DNA of 64,000 bases from an uncultured Dehalococcoidia bacterium (GTDB lineage Bacteria > Chloroflexota > Dehalococcoidia > DSTF01 > JACRBR01), in contig CAYQZE010000018.1 in assembly GCA_964421985.1 (NCBI GenBank), forward strand, positions 583 to 64,582, given 5' to 3'. The stretch's first letter is position 1. Each line of letters starts with the position of its first letter. Shown here piece after piece: positions 17,808 to 26,139 of this stretch. The notes under the pieces are model-generated. The model was not told the DNA's origin. It saw only the letters and a list, made by a program, of their open reading frames with translations, and made no database searches. The translations under genes were made by a program, and so were the position numbers.

Positions 17808-18482
17808 GTGGTCCAGCAGCGGGCACGCAGACTTCCGGCCGACAAGCGCAAGCGCCAGATCATCGAGAGCGCGCGCGGCGTCTTCGCGTCGCAGTCGTAC
17901 GCGCATGTCGGCACCGCCGACCTCGCGCGCGCCGCCGGCATCTCCGAACCGGCGCTCTATCGCCATTTCGCCGGCAAGAAGGAGCTGTTCGTCGCGACGA
18001 TCCGCGCGACAGGGCCGCGACTGCTGAAGATCTGGGAAGACATCTCCGTCGACTACGAAGACCCGATCGAGACGCTGTGGGCGATCGGCGTCTACTACTA
18101 CGACCACCTCGAGTCGCACTCCGCCAACATGAAGCTGCAGTTTCGCGCCCTGTCGGAAGCGGACGACCCGGAGATCCAGTCGGCGCTGCACGATAACTTC
18201 GAAGCGTTCGTCGAATTCGTCGCCGACACGCTGGAGGAAGGCAAAGCGCGCGGCGTCGTCAAGCGCGACGTCGACACGCGGCTCGTCGCCTGGCAGTTCC
18301 TCGGCATCGGCATGACGCTGGACCTGATGAACATGCTGGGGTTCAAGGACGAGATGGATCACGCGCGCGCCGACCTGTGGGGGCGCGTCTACCTGGAGAC
18401 GGTGCGCCGGAAGGACAGCCGCCGCCCGCAATACGCGACGGCCGAGGGCACCCCCCTGCGCGCCCCCGGCGGCAGTGGATAA
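17808..18482 (+). CDS. TetR/AcrR-family transcriptional regulator
   Basis: HTH region RKRQIIESARGVFASQSYAHVGTADLARAAGISEPALYRHF. GTG 17808 with GGAG ribosome-binding site preferred over GTG 17775, which lies inside the operator palindrome. Confidence 0.8.
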   Translation: MVQQRARRLPADKRKRQIIESARGVFASQSYAHVGTADLARAAGISEPALYRHFAGKKELFVATIRATGPRLLKIWEDISVDYEDPIETLWAIGVYYYDHLESHSANMKLQFRALSEADDPEIQSALHDNFEAFVEFVADTLEEGKARGVVKRDVDTRLVAWQFLGIGMTLDLMNMLGFKDEMDHARADLWGRVYLETVRRKDSRRPQYATAEGTPLRAPGGSG

Positions 18483-18537
18483 ACAATGGGCTGCGGCCCG
18501 CGGGGAATCGATCTGGTTCTAAGTTCTTGGGGATCGC

Positions 18538-19755
18538 ATGGACTTTCACGACACGCCAACCGAAGCAGCATTTCGCGCTGAAGTGCGCGCGTTCATCGAA
18601 AATGAGTGCCCGCCCGGCATCAAGCGCCGGGGCTTCCGCGCGGCGTTCGGCGGCGGCGGCTGGGACGACATCCGCATGTCGCGCGAGGAGTACTTCGCGA
18701 CGAACGGCGGTTGGGTGAAGAAGCTGGCAGAGCACGGCTGGATCGCGCCGGCCTGGCCGAAAGAGTACGGCGGCGCCGGGATGACCGTTATGGAGCAGTT
18801 CATCTTCAGCCAGGAGATGTCGCTCGCGGGCGCGCCGCGCGGCGGCAACTTCGGCATCGGCACCGGCTGGGCCGGCCCGACGATCATCCTCCACGGCACC
18901 GAGGAACAGCGCAAGCGGTATCTGCCGGGCATCGTGCAGGGCGACGAGGTCTGGTGCCAGGGCTTCAGCGAGCCGGGCGCCGGCAGCGACCTTGCATCGG
19001 TGCAGACGCGCGCGATCAAGGACGGCGACGACTACGTTGTCAACGGACAGAAGATCTGGACATCGGGCGCGCACGTCGCGAAGTACATGATCCTGCTCGC
19101 TCGCAGCGACCCCGACGCGCCCAAGCACAAGGGCATCAGCTACTTCATCGTCGATATGAAGTCGCCCGGCATCACCATCCAGCCGCTGGTGAACATGGCG
19201 AACAACCACGACTTCAACGAAGTCTTCTTCGACAACGTGCGCGTGCCGGCGAAGAACATGATCGGCGAGGAGAACCGCGGCTGGTACGTCGGCACGACGA
19301 CACTCGACTTCGAGCGCTCCGGTATCGCCACGAGCATCTCGCATTCGCTCATGGTGCAGGATCTCGCGACCTTTGTGCGCGAGAACAAAGGCCAGGGATT
19401 CATCTCGGAGAGCAAGAGCGTAAAGAACGAGATCGCCGACCGGATGATCGAAGCGGGCGTCGAGGAGATGCTGTCGTACCAGGTGATCTCGATGCAGAAC
19501 CGCGGCCTCGTGCCGAACAAGGAGTCATCGATCGCCAAGCTGTTCTCGTCGGAGCTGGACGTGCGGATCGCCGGCACCGCCATGCGCGTGCTGGGCCCCT
19601 ACGGCCAGCTGTGCACCGGCAGCGAGCACGCCCCGGCGGGCGGACGCGTCGAAAGCACATACCTGTACGCGACGACGAGCACAGTCGGTGGCGGAACATC
19701 GGAAATCCAAAGAAATATCATCGCGTCGCGCGGGCTGGGTTTACCCCGCGCGTAG
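18538..19755 (+). CDS. acyl-CoA dehydrogenase, paralog 1
   Basis: 405 aa. GWIAPAWPKEYGGAG, WCQGFSEPGAGSDLAS, C-terminal GGTSEIQRNIIASRGLGLPR. About 60-70% similarity to paralogs 2-5. Confidence 0.9.
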   Translation: MDFHDTPTEAAFRAEVRAFIENECPPGIKRRGFRAAFGGGGWDDIRMSREEYFATNGGWVKKLAEHGWIAPAWPKEYGGAGMTVMEQFIFSQEMSLAGAPRGGNFGIGTGWAGPTIILHGTEEQRKRYLPGIVQGDEVWCQGFSEPGAGSDLASVQTRAIKDGDDYVVNGQKIWTSGAHVAKYMILLARSDPDAPKHKGISYFIVDMKSPGITIQPLVNMANNHDFNEVFFDNVRVPAKNMIGEENRGWYVGTTTLDFERSGIATSISHSLMVQDLATFVRENKGQGFISESKSVKNEIADRMIEAGVEEMLSYQVISMQNRGLVPNKESSIAKLFSSELDVRIAGTAMRVLGPYGQLCTGSEHAPAGGRVESTYLYATTSTVGGGTSEIQRNIIASRGLGLPRA

Positions 19756-19771
19756 AAACATGAACGAGCGT

Positions 19772-19793
19772 GTAGCGCGGACTTCAGTCCGCG
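19772..19793 (+). repeat. REP element type 2 (GTAG + cgcggac/gtccgcg hairpin)
   Basis: GTAGCGCGGACTTCAGTCCGCG. An inverted degenerate copy of the palindrome core lies at 19815-19830. Confidence 0.55.
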
Positions 19794-19892
19794 TGAGGTG
19801 GGAAGCGGCGAACGCGCAGACTGAAGTCCACGCCACAGAATCGCCGAACAGACGACTGACGGCCGACGACCAATTCGAGAGAGGATCAACCG

Positions 19893-21074
19893 ATGAACTT
19901 TGCTGACAGCGCGGAAGAGGCGACGTTTCGGCAGGAGGTGCGCGACTTCGTCAACGCCGAGATCAAGTCCGACTTGAAGACCGGCGATCTGGTGGAGTCG
20001 GGCATGTATCGCGGCGCCTTCGAGCGCCTGAAGGGCGTGCGCGGCAAGCTCGCGAAGCGCGGCTGGATCGCCCCGGCGTGGCCGAAGGAGTACGGCGGTG
20101 CCAGTCTCTCCGTGATGCAGCAGTTCATCATGAACGAGGAGTTCGCCGAAAGCCGTGTGCCGCCCGTCGGCGGCATGGGCGTCTCGATGGTCGGACCGAC
20201 GATCATCACCCACGGCAACGAGGACCAGCGGAAGGAGCACCTGAGCCGCATCCTCTCGGGTGACGTGCAGTGGTGCCAGGGCTTCAGCGAGCCCGGATCG
20301 GGCTCCGACCTCGCGTCGCTGCAGACACGCGCGGTGAAGGACGGCGACGACTACGTGATCAACGGTCAGAAGATCTGGACATCCGGCGCTTCCTACGCGC
20401 ACTGGATGTTCATGATGGCGAGGACCGACCCTGATGCGCCGAAGCACAAGGGCATCAGCTACTTCCTCGTCGACATGAAGTCGCCTGGCGTCGAGGTGCG
20501 GCCGCTGACGAACCTCGCGAATCAGAACATGTTCAATGAGGTGTTCTTCCAGGACGTGCGCGTGCCGGCGAAGAACATCGTTGGCGAGGTGAACCGCGGT
20601 TGGTACGTCGGCACCACGACGCTCGACTTCGAGCGATCGAGCATCGGCAGCGCCGTCGGCCTCAAGCTGCAGCTCGATGAACTGGTGAAGTACGCGAAGC
20701 AAAACGAGAAGACAGGCAGCAGCCGCACCGGCTATCTCTCGTCAGTCAAGTCGGAGCTCGCCGACCGCTACGTCGAAGCGACCGTCGCGAAAATGATGTC
20801 CTATCGCGTCGTCACGATGCAGGCCAAGGGCCTGATCCCCAACCATGAAGCATCGATGACCAAACTCTTCGCTTCGGAGTTGACGCAGCGCATCGCGCGC
20901 ACGGGCGTGAAGGTGCTGGGTCTGTACGGGCAGCTCTACGGCGAAGGCGCACCGATGCGTGGCCGTTACGAGAGCTCGTACATGACGTCCCTCGCATCGA
21001 CGATCGCCGGCGGCACCAGCGAGATCCAGCGAAACATCATCGCGACCAGAGGGCTCGGACTACCGCGGGACTGA
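19893..21074 (+). CDS. acyl-CoA dehydrogenase, paralog 2
   Basis: 393 aa with the same motif set as paralog 1. Confidence 0.9.
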   Translation: MNFADSAEEATFRQEVRDFVNAEIKSDLKTGDLVESGMYRGAFERLKGVRGKLAKRGWIAPAWPKEYGGASLSVMQQFIMNEEFAESRVPPVGGMGVSMVGPTIITHGNEDQRKEHLSRILSGDVQWCQGFSEPGSGSDLASLQTRAVKDGDDYVINGQKIWTSGASYAHWMFMMARTDPDAPKHKGISYFLVDMKSPGVEVRPLTNLANQNMFNEVFFQDVRVPAKNIVGEVNRGWYVGTTTLDFERSSIGSAVGLKLQLDELVKYAKQNEKTGSSRTGYLSSVKSELADRYVEATVAKMMSYRVVTMQAKGLIPNHEASMTKLFASELTQRIARTGVKVLGLYGQLYGEGAPMRGRYESSYMTSLASTIAGGTSEIQRNIIATRGLGLPRD

Positions 21075-21088
21075 CGAGATGGTCGCCT

Positions 21089-21116
21089 GGTGAGTAGTGA
21101 CTAGTGATTGGTGGGT
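21089..21116. repeat. heptad array GGTGAGT-AGTGACT-AGTGATT-GGTGGGT; left terminal inverted repeat of four-helix-bundle cassette 1
   Basis: Four tandem 7-mers with consensus RGTGAYT. Inverted relative to the array at 21499-21526. Confidence 0.6.
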
Positions 21117-21127
21117 TGTCCCATCGC

Positions 21128-21451
21128 ATGGAGAAGGGATACGAGGATCTAGAGGTGTACCGCCGCGGACTCGCCTTGCAGCGACCGGTTCATGCGCTCG
21201 TCCTCCGATTTCCCGACTATGAGAAATACGACCTCGCGAGCCAAATGCGCCGGGCATGCAAGTCGATTCCGACCAATATTGTCGAGGGCTACGCGCGACG
21301 GCGATCTCCAAAGGAATTTTGCAGCTATCTCGCGCTGTCCGTAGGCTCAGCCAACGAGATGGAAGTACATTTCAAGATTGCGAAGGAGCTCGACTACATC
21401 AACGAAGCGGAGTTCGCACACTTCATCGAGGAATATCAGATCATCGGCTAA
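21128..21451 (+). CDS. four-helix-bundle protein (TIGR02436 / 23S rRNA intervening-sequence protein family), probably C-terminally truncated
   Basis: MEKGYEDLEVYRRGLAL...DLASQMRRACKSIPTNIVEGYARRR...SANEMEVHFKIA. TAA at 21449; in-frame continuation (QLTRLIQYWRT) is homologous to the C-terminus of the paralog at 23982-24389. Confidence 0.7.
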   Translation: MEKGYEDLEVYRRGLALQRPVHALVLRFPDYEKYDLASQMRRACKSIPTNIVEGYARRRSPKEFCSYLALSVGSANEMEVHFKIAKELDYINEAEFAHFIEEYQIIG

Positions 21452-21498
21452 CAACTAACGCGGCTTATCCAGTACTGGCGGACAAAAGGCGACGAGTC

Positions 21499-21526
21499 GG
21501 TCACCAGTCACCAATCACCAATCACG
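21499..21526. repeat. heptad array GGTCACC-AGTCACC-AATCACC-AATCACG; right terminal inverted repeat of cassette 1
   Basis: Reverse complement reads CGTGATT-GGTGATT-GGTGACT-GGTGACC. Followed by GAGGAGACCAGACG and the ATG of ACAD paralog 3. Confidence 0.6.
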
Positions 21527-21539
21527 AGGAGACCAGACG

Positions 21540-22721
21540 ATGGACTTTAAGGACACGCCGACCGAAGCAGCATTTCGCAACGACGTGCGCACGTTCATTC
21601 AGGCCGAGGCGCCGAAGCGGAAGCTGGGCCAATCGGTCGAGGAAGCGATGGTGTCCGGCTGGCAGGCGAACCAGGAGTGGTTCCACAAGCTGGGCAGGAA
21701 GGGCTGGATCGCCCCGGCCTGGCCGAAGGAGTACGGCGGCGCCAGCATGACCACCGTCGAGCAGTTCATCTTCAACGAGGAGATGGCGCTCAACAAGGCG
21801 CCGCGCCCCCTGCACCAGATCATCGGGCTGGGCATGGCCGGCCCGACGCTCATCGTCCACGGCACAGAGGAGCAGCGGAAGAAGTACCTTCCGGGCATGT
21901 TGACCGGCGACGACGTCTGGTGCCAGGGCTACAGCGAGCCGGGCGCAGGCTCCGACCTCGCATCCTTGCAGACCCGCGCCGTGCGCGAAGGCGACGACTA
22001 CGTCGTGAACGGCCAGAAGATCTGGACGACGCTGGCGCACATCGCCCGCTACATGATCCTGCTCACGCGCACCGATCCGGATGCGCCGAAGCATCGCGGC
22101 ATCACGTACTTCATCCTCGATATGAAGTCGCCCGGCGTCGAAGTGCGGCCGCTCTACAACCTCGGCAACAGTCACGAGTTCAACGAGGTGTTCTTCGACA
22201 ACGTGCGCATCCCGAAGGACAACGTCATCGGCGAGGAGAACCGCGGCTGGTACTCCGCCGTCACCACGCTCGACTTCGAGCGCTCCAGCATCGGCAGCGC
22301 GACGGGCATGAAGCAGCACGTCGAAGAGCTGATCGACTACGCGACAGAGCACGCAGGCGACCCCACGAGCACGCTCCGGACGAACCCGATGCTGCGCTAC
22401 GAGCTTGCGGACCGCATGGTCGAGACCGAGGTCGCACGGATGCTGTCGTATCGCGTGGCCTCGATGCAAGCGCGCGGGCTGATCCCGAACTACGAGGCGT
22501 CGTCGCTGAAACTGTTCTCGACGGAGCTGAACCAGCGCATCGCGAAGTCGGCGATCCATATCCTGGGGCTCTACGGTCAACTGCGCGGCGACAGCGCGCC
22601 GACGAAGGGCCGCTGGCTCGGCCTGTTCTTGCGCTCGGCGGCGTATCCCCTCGAAGGCGGCACGTCCGAGATCCAGCGCAACATCCTCGCCCAGCGCGGC
22701 CTCGGCCTCCCGCGAGACTAA
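21540..22721 (+). CDS. acyl-CoA dehydrogenase, paralog 3
   Basis: 393 aa. MDFKDTPTEAAFRNDVRTFI...GWIAPAWPKEYGGAS...GGTSEIQRNILAQRGLGLPRD. Confidence 0.9.
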   Translation: MDFKDTPTEAAFRNDVRTFIQAEAPKRKLGQSVEEAMVSGWQANQEWFHKLGRKGWIAPAWPKEYGGASMTTVEQFIFNEEMALNKAPRPLHQIIGLGMAGPTLIVHGTEEQRKKYLPGMLTGDDVWCQGYSEPGAGSDLASLQTRAVREGDDYVVNGQKIWTTLAHIARYMILLTRTDPDAPKHRGITYFILDMKSPGVEVRPLYNLGNSHEFNEVFFDNVRIPKDNVIGEENRGWYSAVTTLDFERSSIGSATGMKQHVEELIDYATEHAGDPTSTLRTNPMLRYELADRMVETEVARMLSYRVASMQARGLIPNYEASSLKLFSTELNQRIAKSAIHILGLYGQLRGDSAPTKGRWLGLFLRSAAYPLEGGTSEIQRNILAQRGLGLPRD

Positions 22722-22749
22722 CGCCCGTGCCGGTGGATGGGAGTCCACG

Positions 22750-23931
22750 ATGCGATTCAAGTTCACGCCAGCACAAGAAGCATTCCGCACTGAGGTCAAC
22801 ACCTTCCTCAAGGAGACGCTGCCGCCCGACTGGGAGGGCGCGGATAACGCGATCGACGACGAGTCGTACGAGTTCGGGCGCGAGTTCCTGAAGAAGCTAG
22901 CGCCCAAACGCTGGATCGCGCCGGCATGGCCGACGGAGTACGGCGGGCTTGCGCTCTCGCACTGGGACCAGGTCATCTACAACGAGGCGATGGGCTACGC
23001 GCGCGCACCGATCATCAACGCGGCCGCGACGGGCTACCTCGGCCCGACCGTCATTCTCTACGGCAGCGACGAGCAGAAGGCGCAGCACCTGCCAGGCATC
23101 ACCTCCGGTGAAGTGGTGTGGTGCCAGGGGTACAGCGAGCCGAACTCCGGATCCGACCTCGCCTCACTGCAGACGCGCGCGGTGATGGACGGTGACGACT
23201 TTATCCTCAACGGGCAGAAGATCTGGACTAGCCAGGCGCACTACGCCGACTGGATGTTCGTCCTGGCGCGCACCGACCCCGACGCACCGAAGCATCGCGG
23301 CATCAGCTACTTCCTCATGGATATGAAGACGCCCGGCATAAGCGTGCGGCCGCTGGTCAATATGGCGAATGGTGCAGGCTTCAACGAAGTCTTCTTCGAG
23401 AACGTACGCATCCCGAAGTCCGGCCTGTTGGGAGAACTCAACCGCGGTTGGTACATCGCGACCACGACGCTCGACTTCGAGCGCTCGTCGCTGACCGGGA
23501 CGGCGCAGTCGCAACGCTCGCTCGAAGACCTGACGCGATTCGCGAAGACGGAGCGCCAGGCGGGCACCGGCGCCCGGCTCTGGGACAGGCCGGCCGTGCG
23601 GCACACCCTCGCCGACCTGTGGGTGTCGCTCGACGTGACGCGCATGCTGTCGTACCGCGTCGTCAGCATGCAGGCGCGCGGTTTGGTGCCCAACTACGAA
23701 GCGTCGATCATCAAGGTCTTCAATACGGACTATGTGCAGCGACAGGCGCGCGTCGGCCTCGGCCTCATGGGCCTCTACGGCGGACTGTGGGGCGAAGGCC
23801 CTTGGTCGAAGCTGCGCGGCCGCTTCGCGAAGTCCTACGTCGCCACGGTCGGCGCGGCGATCGCCGGCGGCACGACGGAGATCCAGCGCAACATCATCGC
23901 CCAGCGCGGTTTGGGCTTGCCGAGGCAGTAA
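22750..23931 (+). CDS. acyl-CoA dehydrogenase, paralog 4
   Basis: 393 aa. WIAPAWPTEYGG...WCQGYSEPNSGSDLAS...GGTTEIQRNIIAQRGLGLPRQ. Confidence 0.9.
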   Translation: MRFKFTPAQEAFRTEVNTFLKETLPPDWEGADNAIDDESYEFGREFLKKLAPKRWIAPAWPTEYGGLALSHWDQVIYNEAMGYARAPIINAAATGYLGPTVILYGSDEQKAQHLPGITSGEVVWCQGYSEPNSGSDLASLQTRAVMDGDDFILNGQKIWTSQAHYADWMFVLARTDPDAPKHRGISYFLMDMKTPGISVRPLVNMANGAGFNEVFFENVRIPKSGLLGELNRGWYIATTTLDFERSSLTGTAQSQRSLEDLTRFAKTERQAGTGARLWDRPAVRHTLADLWVSLDVTRMLSYRVVSMQARGLVPNYEASIIKVFNTDYVQRQARVGLGLMGLYGGLWGEGPWSKLRGRFAKSYVATVGAAIAGGTTEIQRNIIAQRGLGLPRQ

Positions 23932-23942
23932 TGGTGGCCGAG

Positions 23943-23963
23943 AGGTCAGAAGTCAGAGGTCGG
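23943..23963. repeat. heptad triplet AGGTCAG-AAGTCAG-AGGTCGG; left terminal inverted repeat of four-helix-bundle cassette 2
   Basis: Matches 18 of 21 positions of the reverse complement of the triplet at 24347-24367. Confidence 0.6.
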
Positions 23964-23981
23964 AATGTGACAAGCACGAGC

Positions 23982-24389
23982 GTGATCAAAAGCTTTCGTG
24001 ACCTTCAGGTGTACCAGCGCGGTATGTCGTTGCTGAAGCCGGTGCATGAGCTGACGCGCACGCTGCCAGACTACGAGAAGTACGATCTTGCGAATCAACT
24101 TCGTCGCGCCTGCAAGTCAGTGCCCGCGAACATCGCGGAAGGTTACGCGAAGCGGCGCTCAGCGAAGGAGTTTCGCGCCTACCTGACCAACGCGATGGGC
24201 TCCGCGACCGAGATGGAAGTGCATCTGGAAATCGCACGCGAACTGGAATACATTTCGATCGAAGAGGCCGCGCAGCTAATCGACCAGTACCAGATCCTGG
24301 CGAGACAGCTGTACCGGCTCATCGAGAAGTGGCGCACGCTCGAGATCCGACCTCCGACTTCCGATCTCTCAGCCACCGGAACGGATTGA
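23982..24389 (+). CDS. four-helix-bundle protein (TIGR02436 / 23S-IVS protein family), full-length paralog
   Basis: GTG start gives IKSFRDLQVYQRGMSLL..., aligning with MEKGYEDLEVYRRG of paralog 1. C-terminus QILARQLYRLIEKWRT. TGA overlaps the ATG of ACAD5 (TGATG). Alternative in-frame starts at 23931 and 23967. Confidence 0.7.
   Translation: MIKSFRDLQVYQRGMSLLKPVHELTRTLPDYEKYDLANQLRRACKSVPANIAEGYAKRRSAKEFRAYLTNAMGSATEMEVHLEIARELEYISIEEAAQLIDQYQILARQLYRLIEKWRTLEIRPPTSDLSATGTD
24347..24367. repeat. heptad triplet CCGACCT-CCGACTT-CCGATCT within the 3' end of four-helix-bundle gene 2; right terminal inverted repeat of cassette 2
   Basis: Reverse complement reads AGATCGG-AAGTCGG-AGGTCGG. The 7-nt periodicity is out of codon phase, so this is a DNA-level repeat. 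Confidence 0.6.
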
Positions 24390-25570
24390 TGGACTTCCGA
24401 GATTCTCCCGAAGACGCAGCATTCCGGCAAGAAGTACGCGACTTCCTGCGTGATGAGCTGCCGCACGACCTGCGGGCCGCCGATGACGCGATCCTGGGCG
24501 TGGGCATCGGCGAGGATGAGCGCGAGCGCGACTGGCTGCGGACGCTGGCAAAGCGCGGCTGGGTCGCGCCGGCGTGGCCGAAGGCCTACGGCGGCGCCGG
24601 TCTCTCCGTGATGCAACAGTTCGTCTTCAACGAAGAGATGGCACGCGCCGCGGCGCCGCGGCCGAACTGCCTCGCGATCGGCCTCGCAGGGCCGACGATC
24701 ATCGTGCACGGGACCGAGGAGCAGAAGCGCGAGCACCTCTCGGGCATCCTCTCCGGCGAACAGTTCTGGTGCCAGGGATTCAGCGAGCCGGGGTCGGGAT
24801 CGGACCTGGCGTCGCTGCAGACGCGCGCCGTGGAGGATGGTGACGACTACATCATCAACGGCCAGAAGATCTGGACGTCAGGCGCGCACCGCTCGCAGCG
24901 GATGATGCTGCTGGCGCGCACGGACCCGGACGTACCGAAGCACAAGGGCATCAGCTACTTCCTCCTGAACATGAAGTCGCCGGGCATCACGGTGCGGCCG
25001 CTGACGAACATCGCGGACACGCCGAGCTTCAACGAAGTGTTCTTCGACAACGTACGCGTGCCGAAGAGCGACCTGCTGGGCGAGTTGCACCGCGGCTGGT
25101 ACGTGGCGACGACCACGCTCGATTTCGAGCGCTCGGGCATCATCAATGGCGTTTCCCTGCAGCGGCTCGTGCATGAACTCGCTGCGTTCGTCCGCGATCG
25201 CGATCGCGTGCGGGATGACCCCGGCCTGGAAACCGTCCGACACGAGCTGGCGGACCGGGCGATCGAGGCACGGATCTCTATCGTGCTGTCCTACAGAGTG
25301 GCGACGATGCAAGCGAAGGGCATCGTGCCCAACCAGGAGGCATCGATCACCAAGTTGTTCGGATCTGAGCTGGCGCAGCGCATCGCGCGCACCGGTGTTA
25401 AGCTCAGCGGCCTCTACGGACAGCTGCGGGCGGGGTCGGCGCGCGCGCCGTTGGGCGGGCGGCTGGACGCGATGTATCGCATCGCGGTCGGCTCGACCCT
25501 GGCGGGCGGCACGTCGGAGATCCAGCGCGGCGTGATCGCGCAGCGCGGGCTGGGGATGCCGCGGGGATGA
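24389..25570 (+). CDS. acyl-CoA dehydrogenase, paralog 5
   Basis: 394 aa. MDFRDSPEDAAFRQEVRDFL...GWVAPAWPKAYGGAG...GGTSEIQRGVIAQRGLGMPRG. Confidence 0.9.
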   Translation: MDFRDSPEDAAFRQEVRDFLRDELPHDLRAADDAILGVGIGEDERERDWLRTLAKRGWVAPAWPKAYGGAGLSVMQQFVFNEEMARAAAPRPNCLAIGLAGPTIIVHGTEEQKREHLSGILSGEQFWCQGFSEPGSGSDLASLQTRAVEDGDDYIINGQKIWTSGAHRSQRMMLLARTDPDVPKHKGISYFLLNMKSPGITVRPLTNIADTPSFNEVFFDNVRVPKSDLLGELHRGWYVATTTLDFERSGIINGVSLQRLVHELAAFVRDRDRVRDDPGLETVRHELADRAIEARISIVLSYRVATMQAKGIVPNQEASITKLFGSELAQRIARTGVKLSGLYGQLRAGSARAPLGGRLDAMYRIAVGSTLAGGTSEIQRGVIAQRGLGMPRG

Positions 25571-25664
25571 GGCTGGAAGTGGAAGCAGGAAACGGGATGC
25601 GAGAAGCGAGATGCGCGAACCGAAAGCGATCACGAATCGTGCTGTGCGAGCGGGCGGGTCATCG

Positions 25665-26051
25665 ATGAAGCGTATCGGCCTTGCTCTGGCAATCGCGCTG
25701 GCCATCTACGGCCTGGCCGTAGGCGTCGGTTCGCTGCTGTACGCGACCGGCGCGATATCGACCGGCGCGACGCACAACGACTGCGACCGCGCGCTGATCG
25801 CGCGGACGCTCGGGAAGGCGGACGACGACCTGACGCAGCAGGAGTTGAAGGAGGGGACGCAGACGTGCCTCGACGAGCATCAACTGACGAAAGGGCACGC
25901 CTTTCGCACCGAGTATCTGTTCTGGTCGGCGTGGCCTGCCGTCATCTGCGCGGTCGTGTTCCTGGCGTGGCCGGCGTGGGCGCAGATTCTGCGAACGCAG
26001 GAAGACGCCGATCGCGATGCCGAAGCGAGCCGTCAGCAGATGGGGCAATGA
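25665..26051 (+). CDS. small hypothetical membrane protein
   Basis: MKRIGLALAIALAIYGLAVGV... with two TM helices. Start uncertain (25611 or 25665). Confidence 0.4.
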   Translation: MKRIGLALAIALAIYGLAVGVGSLLYATGAISTGATHNDCDRALIARTLGKADDDLTQQELKEGTQTCLDEHQLTKGHAFRTEYLFWSAWPAVICAVVFLAWPAWAQILRTQEDADRDAEASRQQMGQ

Positions 26052-26139
26052 CCGGGTAGGCAACAACAAGGGATGACTTCCGCCTAAGGCGGATCAATTG
26101 CATAATCTGGATCCGAAGAAAGGAAAGGGGAACGCACAC

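Noticed and set aside
21522-22976. 484-aa minus-strand ORF across ACAD paralogs 3 and 4 (similar long antisense ORFs at 18343-19344, 19599-20702, 26431-27342, 34407-35366, 61864-62973)
   Set aside because: All lie antisense to genes with strong family motifs and have compositionally biased translations. None has start-codon or ribosome-binding-site support.
25571-25664. GGAAG-type short repeats after ACAD5 (ctggaag tggaagc aggaaac) as another heptad triplet
   Set aside because: The periodicity is irregular (6 then 7 nt) and the motif is purine-rich ribosome-binding-site-like sequence. Not convincing as a member of the heptad-array class.
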